This document shows, piece after piece, positions 55,101-64,000 of a stretch of DNA of 64,000 bases. Each line of letters begins with the position of its first letter. The stretch's first letter is position 1. Made by a program: the position numbers and the translations under genes. The notes below the pieces were generated by a model, which made no database searches, was not told the origin of the DNA, and worked only from the letters and a program-made list of their open reading frames with translations. Origin of the DNA: Auanema rhodensis (lineage: Eukaryota > Animalia > Nematoda); contig OZ059894.1 in assembly GCA_964057225.1 (NCBI GenBank), positions 1,302,001-1,366,000 of the forward strand, read 5' to 3'.

Positions 55101-58100
55101 CGCAAATCTGATAACACAGATCGACGCAGCTTGAAAATCCGCATCGAATGCATTATACTACTTTGAGAAACGCTTAATACAAAAATTAGTTATGATCGTT
55201 TGAAAAATGATGCATTAGTGTATGTTGAGTTTGCATGTACACTCAACATAGCTTCCAAAAACATTTTGACAAAAATTTTTTCGAAAAATTTCAGAATAAT
55301 TTAGCAAAAAGTAGATGTTTTTAGATTTCTTTTCTCAAGGCAAAGACGATGGACAATGTTATTCAACGAAAAAATTAATTCTTCAGGGTGAAAATCGAGG
55401 ATATAAGTGTTAACTTATATCAGTTGATATCTCGGTGCATTTTTAAGCTAGCGCAAATCTGATAACACAGATCGACGCAGCTTGAAAATCCGCATCGAAT
55501 GCACTATACTACATTGAGGAACGCTTAATACAAAAATTAGTTATGATCGTTTGAAAAATGATGCATTAGTGTATGTTGAGTTTCCATGTACACTCAACAT
55601 AGCTTCCAAAAACATTTTGACAAAAATTTTTTCAAAAAATTTCAGAATAATTTAGCAAAAAGTAGATGTTTTTAGATTCCTTTTTTCAAGGCAAAGACGA
55701 TGGACAATGTTATTCAACGAAAAAATTAATTCTTCAGGGTGAAAATCGAGGATATAAGTGTGAACTTATATCAGTTGATATCTCGGTGCATTTTTAAGCT
55801 AGCGCAAATCTGATAACACAGATCGACGCAGCTTGAAAATCCGCATCGAATGCATTATACTACTTTGAGAAACGCTTAATACAAAAATTAGTTATGATCG
55901 TTTGAAAAATGATGCATTAGTGTATGTTGAGTTTGCATGTACACTCAACATAGCTTCCAAAAACATTTTGACAAAAATTTTTTCGAAAAATTTCAGAATA
56001 ATTTAGCAAAAAGTAGATGTTTTTAGATTTCTTTTCTCAAGGCAAAGACGATGGACAATGTTATTCAACGAAAAAATTAATTCTTCAGGGTGAAAATCGA
56101 GGATATAAGTGTTAACTTATATCAGTTGATATCTCGGTGCATTTTTAAGCTAGCGCAAATCTGATAACACAGATCGACGCAGCTTGAAAATCCGCATCGA
56201 ATGCACTATACTACATTGAGGAACGCTTAATACAAAAATTAGTTATGATCGTTTGAAAAATGATGCATTAGTGTATGTTGAGTTTCCATGTACACTCAAC
56301 ATAGCTTCCAAAAACATTTTGACAAAAATTTTTTCAAAAAATTTCAGAATAATTTAGCAAAAAGTAGATGTTTTTAGATTCCTTTTTTCAAGGCAAAGAC
56401 GATGGACAATGTTATTCAACGAAAAAATTAATTCTTCAGGGTGAAAATCGAGGATATAAGTGTGAACTTATATCAGTTGATATCTCGGTGCATTTTTAAG
56501 CTAGCGCAAATCTGATAACACAGATCGACGCAGCTTGAAAATCCGCATCGAATGCACTATACTACATTGAGGAACGCTTAATACAAAAATTAGTTATGAT
56601 CGTTTGAAAAATGATGCATTAGTGTATGTTGAGTTTCCATGTACACTCAACATAGCTTCCAAAAACATTTTGACAAAAATTTTTTCGAAAAATTTCAGAA
56701 TAATTTAGCAAAAAGTAGATGTTTTTAGATTTCTTTTTTTAAGGCAAAGACGATGGACAATGTTATTCAACGAAAAAATTAATTCTTCAGGGTGAAAATC
56801 GAGGATATAAGTGTGAACTTATATCAGTTGATATCTCGGTGCATTTTCAAGCTAGCGCAAATCTGATAACACAGATCGACGCAGCTTGAAAATCCGCATC
56901 GAATGCACTATACTACATTGAGGAACGCTTAATACAAAAATTAGTTATGATCGTTTGAAAAATGATGCATTAGTGTATGTTGAGTTTCCATGTACACTCA
57001 ACATAGCTTCCAAAAACATTTTGACAAAAATTTTTTCAAAAAATTTCAGAATAATTTAGCAAAAAGTAGATGTTTTTAGATTCCTTTTTTCAAGGCAAAG
57101 ACGATGGACAATGTTATTCAACGAAAAAATTAATTCTTCAGGGTGAAAATCGAGGATATAAGTGTTAACTTATATCAGTTGATATCTCGGTGCATTTTTA
57201 AGCTAGCGCAAATCTGATAACACAGATCGACGCAGCTTGAAAATCCGCATCGAATGCACTATACTACATTGAGGAACGCTTAATACAAAAATTAGTTATG
57301 ATCGTTTGAAAAATGATGCATTAGTGTATGTTGAGTTTCCATGTACACTCAACATAGCTTCCAAAAACATTTTGACAAAAATTTTTTCAAAAAATTTCAG
57401 AATAATTTAGCAAAAAGTAGATGTTTTTAGATTCCTTTTTTCAAGGCAAAGACGATGGACAATGTTATTCAACGAAAAAATTAATTCTTCAGGGTGAAAA
57501 TCGAGGATATAAGTGTGAACTTATATCAGTTGATATCTCGGTGCATTTTTAAGCTAGCGCAAATCTGATAACACAGATCGACGCAGCTTGAAAATCCGCA
57601 TCGAATGCACTATACTACATTGAGGAACGCTTAATACAAAAATTAGTTATGATCGTTTGAAAAATGATGCATTAGTGTATGTTGAGTTTCCATGTACACT
57701 CAACATAGCTTCCAAAAACATTTTGACAAAAATTTTTTCGAAAAATTTCAGAATAATTTAGCAAAAAGTAGATGTTTTTAGATTTCTTTTTTTAAGGCAA
57801 AGACGATGGACAATGTTATTCAACGAAAAAATTAATTCTTCAGGGTGAAAATCGAGGATATAAGTGTGAACTTATATCAGTTGATATCTCGGTGCATTTT
57901 TAAGCTAGCGCAAATCTGATAACACAGATCGACGCAGCTTGAAAATCCGCATCGAATGCATTATACTACTTTGAGAAACGCTTAATACAAAAATTAGTTA
58001 TGATCGTTTGAAAAATGATGCATTAGTGTATGTTGAGTTTCCATGTACACTCAACATAGCTTCCAAAAACATTTTGACAAAAATTTTTTCGAAAAATTTC

Positions 58101-61100
58101 AAAATAATTTAGCAGAAAGTAGATGTTTTTAGATTCCTTTTTTTAAGGCAAAGACGATAGACAATGTTATTCAACGAAAAAATTAATTCTTCAGGGTGAA
58201 AATCGAGGATATAAGTGTGAACTTATATCAGTTGATATCTCGGTGCATTTTTAAGCTAGCGCAAATCTGATAACACAGATCGACGCAGCTTGAAAATCCG
58301 CATCGAATGCATTATACTACTTTGAGAAACGCTTAATACAAAAATTAGTTATGATCGTTTGAAAAATGATGCATTAGTGTATGTTGAGTTTCCATGTACA
58401 CTCAACATAGCTTCCAAAAACATTTTGACAAAAATTTTTTCGAAAAATTTCAGAATAATTTAGCAAAAAGTAGATGTTTTTAGATTTCTTTTCTCAAGGC
58501 AAAGACGATGGACAATGTTATTCAACGAAAAAATTAATTCTTCAGGGTGAAAATCGAGGATATAAGTGTGAACTTATATCAGTTGATATCTCGGTGCATT
58601 TTCAAGCTAGCGCAAATCTGATAACACAGATCGACGCAGCTTGAAAATCCGCATCGAATGCACTATACTACATTGAGGAACGCTTAATACAAAAATTAGT
58701 TATGATCGTTTGAAAAATGATGCATTAGTGTATGTTGAGTTTCCATGTACACTCAACATTGCTTCCAAAAACATTTTGGCAAAAATTTTTTCGAAAAATT
58801 TCAAAATAATTTAGCAGAAAGTAGATGTTTTTAGATTCCTTTTTTCAAGGCAAAGACGATGGACAATGTTATTCAACGAAAAAATTAATTCTTCAGGGTG
58901 AAAATCGAGGATATAAGTGTTAACTTATATCAGTTGATATCTCGGTGCATTTTTAAGCTAGCGCAAATCTGATAACACAGATCGACGCAGCTTGAAAATC
59001 CGCATCGAATGCACTATACTACATTGAGGAACGCTTAATACAAAAATTAGTTATGATCGTTTGAAAAATGATGCATTAGTGTATGTTGAGTTTCCATGTA
59101 CACTCAACATAGCTTCCAAAAACATTTTGACAAAAATTTTTTCGAAAAATTTCAGAATAATTTAGCAAAAAGTAGATGTTTTTAGATTCCTTTTTTCAAG
59201 GCAAAGACGATGGACAATGTTATTCAACGAAAAAATTAATTCTTCAGGGTGAAAATCGAGGATATAAGTGTGAACTTATATCAGTTGATATCTCGGTGCA
59301 TTTTTAAGCTAGCGCAAATCTGATAACACAGATCGACGCAGCTTGAAAATCCGCATCGAATGCACTATACTACATTGAGGAACGCTTAATACAAAAATTA
59401 GTTATGATCGTTTGAAAAATGATGCATTAGTGTATGTTGAGTTTCCATGTACACTCAACATAGCTTCCAAAAACATTTTGACAAAAATTTTTTCGAAAAA
59501 TTTCAGAATAATTTAGCAAAAAGTAGATGTTTTTAGATTTCTTTTTTTAAGGCAAAGACGATGGACAATGTTATTCAACGAAAAAATTAATTCTTCAGGG
59601 TGAAAATCGAGGATATAAGTGTGAACTTATATCAGTTGATATCTCGGTGCATTTTTAAGCTAGCGCAAATCTGATAACACAGATCGACGCAGCTTGAAAA
59701 TCCGCATCGAATGCACTATACTACTTTGAGAAACGCTTAATACAAAAATTAGTTATGATCGTTTGAAAAATGATGCATTAGTGTATGTTGAGTTTCCATG
59801 TACACTCAACATTGCTTCCAAAAACATTTTGACAAAAATTTTTTCGAAAAATTTCAGAATATTTTAGCAAAAAGTAGATGTTTTTAGATTCCTTTTTTCA
59901 AGGCAAAGACGATGGACAATGTTATTCAACGAAAAAATTAATTCTTCAGGGTGAAAATCGAGGATATAAGTGTGAACTTATATCAGTTGATATCTCGGTG
60001 CATTTTTAAGCTAGCGCAAATCTGATAACACAGATCGACGCAGCTTGAAAATCCGCATCGAATGCACTATACTACATTGAGGAACGCTTAATACAAAAAA
60101 TAGTTATGATCGTTTGAAAAATGATGCATTAGTGTATGTTGCGTTTCCATGTACACTCAACATAGCTTCCAAAAACATTTTGACAAAAATTTTTTCGAAA
60201 AATTTCAGAATAATTTAGCAAAAAGTAGATGTTTTTAGATTTCTTTTTTTAAGGCAAAGACGATGGACAATGTTATTCAACGAAAAAATTAATTCTTCAG
60301 GGTGAAAATCGAGGATATAAGTGTGAACTTATATCAGTTGATATCTCGGTGCATTTTTAAGCTAGCGCAAATCTGATAACACAGATCGACGCAGCTTGAA
60401 AATCCGCATCGAATGCACTATACTACATTGAGGAACGCTTAATACAAAAATTAGTTATGATCGTTTGAAAAATGATGCATTAGTGTATGTTGAGTTTCCA
60501 TGTACACTCAACATAGCTTCCAAAAACATTTTGACAAAAATTTTTTCGAAAAATTTCAGAATAATTTAGCAAAAAGTAGATGTTTTTAGATTTCTTTTTT
60601 TAAGGCAAAGACGATGGACAATGTTATTCAACGAAAAAATTAATTCTTCAGGGTGAAAATCGAGGATATAAGTGTGAACTTATATCAGTTGATATCTCGG
60701 TGCATTTTTAAGCTAGCGCAAATCTGATAACACAGATCGACGCAGCTTGAAAATCCGCATCGAATGCACTATACTACTTTGAGAAACGCTTAATACAAAA
60801 ATTAGTTATGATCGTTTGAAAAATGATGCATTAGTGTATGTTGAGTTTCCATGTACACTCAACATTGCTTCCAAAAACATTTTGACAAAAATTTTTTCGA
60901 AAAATTTCAGAATATTTTAGCAAAAAGTAGATGTTTTTAGATTCCTTTTTTCAAGGCAAAGACGATGGACAATGTTATTCAACGAAAAAATTAATTCTTC
61001 AGGGTGAAAATCGAGGATATAAGTGTGAACTTATATCAGTTGATATCTCGGTGCATTTTTAAGCTAGCGCAAATCTGATAACACAGATCGACGCAGCTTG

Positions 61101-64000
61101 AAAATCCGAATCGAATGCACTATACTACATTGAGGAACGCTTAATACAAAAAATAGTTATGATCGTTTGAAAAATGATGCATTAGTGTATGTTGAGTTTC
61201 CATGTACACTCAACATAGCTTCCAAAAACATTTTGACAAAAATTTTTTCGAAAAATTTCAGAATAATTTAGCAAAAAGTAGATGTTTTTAGATTTCTTTT
61301 TTTAAGGCAAAGACGATGGACAATGTTATTCAACGAAAAAATTAATTCTTCAGGGTGAAAATCGAGGATATAAGTGTGAACTTATATCAGTTGATATCTC
61401 GGTGCATTTTTAAGCTAGCGCAAATCTGATAACACAGATCGACGCAGCTTAAAAATCCGCATCGAATGCACTATACTACATTGAGGAACGCTTAATACAA
61501 AAATTAGTTATGATCGTTTGAAAAATGATGCATTAGTGTATGTTGAGTTTCCATGTACACTCAACATTGCTTCCAAAAACATTTTGACAAAAATTTTTTC
61601 GAAAAATTTCAGAATAATTTAGCAAAAAGTAGATGTTTTTAGATTTCTTTTTTTAAGGCAAAGACGATGGACAATGTTATTCAACGAAAAAATTAATTCT
61701 TCAGGGTGAAAATCGAGGATATAAGTGTGAACTTATATCAGTTGATATCTCGGTGCATTTTTAAGCTAGCGCAAATCTGATAACACAGATCGACGCAGCT
61801 TGAAAATCCGCATCGAATGCACTATACTACTTTGAGAAACGCTTAATACAAAAATTAGTTATGATCGTTTGAAAAATGATGCATTAGTGTATGTTGAGTT
61901 TCCATGTACACTCAACATTGCTTCCAAAAACATTTTGACAAAAATTTTTTCGAAAAATTTCAGAATATTTTAGCAAAAAGTAGATGTTTTTAGATTCCTT
62001 TTTTCAAGGCAAAGACGATGGACAATGTTATTCAACGAAAAAATTAATTCTTCAGGGTGAAAATCGAGGATATAAGTGTGAACTTATATCAGTTGATATC
62101 TCGGTGCATTTTTAAGCTAGCGCAAATCTGATAACACAGATCGACGCAGCTTGAAAATCCGCATCGAATGCACTATACTACATTGAGGAACGCTTAATAC
62201 AAAAATTAGTTATGATCGTTTGAAAAATGATGCATTAGTGTATGTTGAGTTTCCATGTACACTCAACATAGCTTCCAAAAACATTTTGACAAAAATTTTT
62301 TCGAAAAATTTCAGAATAATTTAGCAAAAAGTAGATGTTTTTAGATTTCTTTTTTTAAGGCAAAGACGATGGACAATGTTATTCAACGAAAAAATTAATT
62401 CTTCAGGGTGAAAATCGAGGATATAAGTGTGAACTTATATCAGTTGATATCTCGGTGCATTTTTAAGCTAGCGCAAATCTGATAACACAGATCGACGCAG
62501 CTTAAAAATCCGCATCGAATGCACTATACTACATTGAGGAACGCTTAATACAAAAATTAGTTATGATCGTTTGAAAAATGATGCATTAGTGTATGTTGAG
62601 TTTCCATGTACACTCAACATTGCTTCCAAAAAAATTTTGACAAAAATTTTTTCGAAAAATTTCAGAATAATTTAGCAAAAAGTAGATGTTTTTAGATTCC
62701 TTTTTTCAAGGCAAAGACGATGGACAATGTTATTCAACGAAAAAATTAATTCTTCAGGGTGAAAATCGAGGATATAAGTGTGAACTTATATCAGTTGATA
62801 TCTCGGTGCATTTTTAAGCTAGCGCAAATCTGATAACACAGATCGACGCAGCTTGAAAATCCGCATCGAATGCACTATACTACTTTGAGAAACGTTTAAT
62901 ACAAAAATTAGTTATGATCGTTTGAAAAATGATGCATTAGTGTATGTTGAGTTTCCATGTACACTCAACATAGCTTCCAAAAACATTTTGACAAAAATTT
63001 TTTCGAAAAATTTCAGAATAATTTAGCAAAAAGTAGATGTTTTTAGATTTCTTTTTTTAAGGCAAAGACGATGGACAATGTTATTCAACGAAAAAATTAA
63101 TTCTTCAGGGTGAAAATCGAGGATATAAGTGTGAACTTATATCAGTTGATATCTCGGTGCATTTTTAAGCTAGCGCAAATCTGATAACACAGATCGACGC
63201 AGCTTGAAAATCCGCATCGAATGCACTATACTACTTTGAGAAACGCTTAATACAAAAATTAGTTATGATCGTTTGAAAAATGATGCATTAGTGTATGTTG
63301 AGTTTCCATGTACACTCAACATTGCTTCCAAAAACATTTTGACAAAAATTTTTTCGAAAAATTTCAGAATATTTTAGCAAAAAGTAGATGTTTTTAGATT
63401 CCTTTTTTCAAGGCAAAGACGATGGACAATGTTATTCAACGAAAAAATTAATTCTTCAGGGTGAAAATCGAGGATATAAGTGTGAACTTATATCAGTTGA
63501 TATCTCGGTGCATTTTTAAGCTAGCGCAAATCTGATAACACAGATCGACGCAGCTTGAAAATCCGCATCGAATGCACTATACTACTTTGAGAAACGCTTA
63601 ATATAAAAATTAGTTATGATCGTTTGAAAAATGATGCATTAGTGTATGTTGAGTTTCCATGTACACTCAACATTGCTTCCAAAAACATTTTGACAAAAAT
63701 TTTTTCGAAAAATTTCAGAATAATTTAGCAAAAAGTAGATGTTTTTAGATTTCTTTTTTTAAGGCAAAGACGATGGACAATGTTATTCAACGAAAAAATT
63801 AATTCTTCAGGGTGAAAATCGAGGATATAAGTGTGAACTTATATCAGTTGATATCTCGGTGCATTTTTAAGCTAGCGCAAATCTGATAACACAGATCGAC
63901 GCAGCTTGAAAATCCGCATCGAATGCACTATACTACTTTGAGAAACGCTTAATACAAAAATTAGTTATGATCGTTTGAAAAATGATGCATTAGTGTATGT

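Larger units (their letters stand above)
1..64000 (+). repeat. Tandem satellite DNA array, 351-bp monomer, 182 full copies plus a 114-bp partial copy; runs to both window edges
   Basis: The anchor TAACACAGATCGAC recurs at 1, 352, 703, 3511, 7021, 21061 and so on. The register shifts by +1 only four times (seen as starts at 24221, 27381, 34051, 40721). The last monomer starts at 63887. No foreign sequence or inversion seen. Confidence 0.99.

Noticed and set aside
1-64000. Giant repetitive ORF (351 bp = 117 codons, so frame is preserved between monomers)
   Set aside because: Each monomer has stops in all six frames. Plus strand: TAA at 1, TGA at 53, TGA/TAA at 21. Minus strand: TTA on the plus strand at 63, 79 and 104.
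1-64000. CRISPR array (regularly spaced palindromic repeats)
   Set aside because: The sequence between palindromes is the same in every unit. There are no unique spacers and no cas genes.

Overview
The whole 64 kb window is one uninterrupted head-to-tail satellite DNA array: 182 complete copies of a 351-bp AT-rich monomer (about 32% GC by hand count) plus a 114-bp partial copy, all in the same orientation. Copies differ from consensus at only a few positions each. I found no genes, RNA genes, transposon insertions or CRISPR spacers, and all six reading frames are closed in every monomer. I cannot assign the satellite family or the organism. The informative signal is in the variants. They show nested, irregular higher-order structure: 2-, 3-, 5-to-8-, 6- and 9/10-mer local periods, a near-identical 9.5-kb segmental duplication at an 11,936-bp offset, and paralogous blocks up to about 38 kb apart. 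Several chimeric monomers mark probable crossover points. The monomer also carries several inverted repeats whose stems are almost invariant. I see no support for a novel gene-based system. This looks like a young, actively turning-over eukaryotic satellite array, possibly (peri)centromeric. All comparisons were made by eye, so some variants may have been missed.
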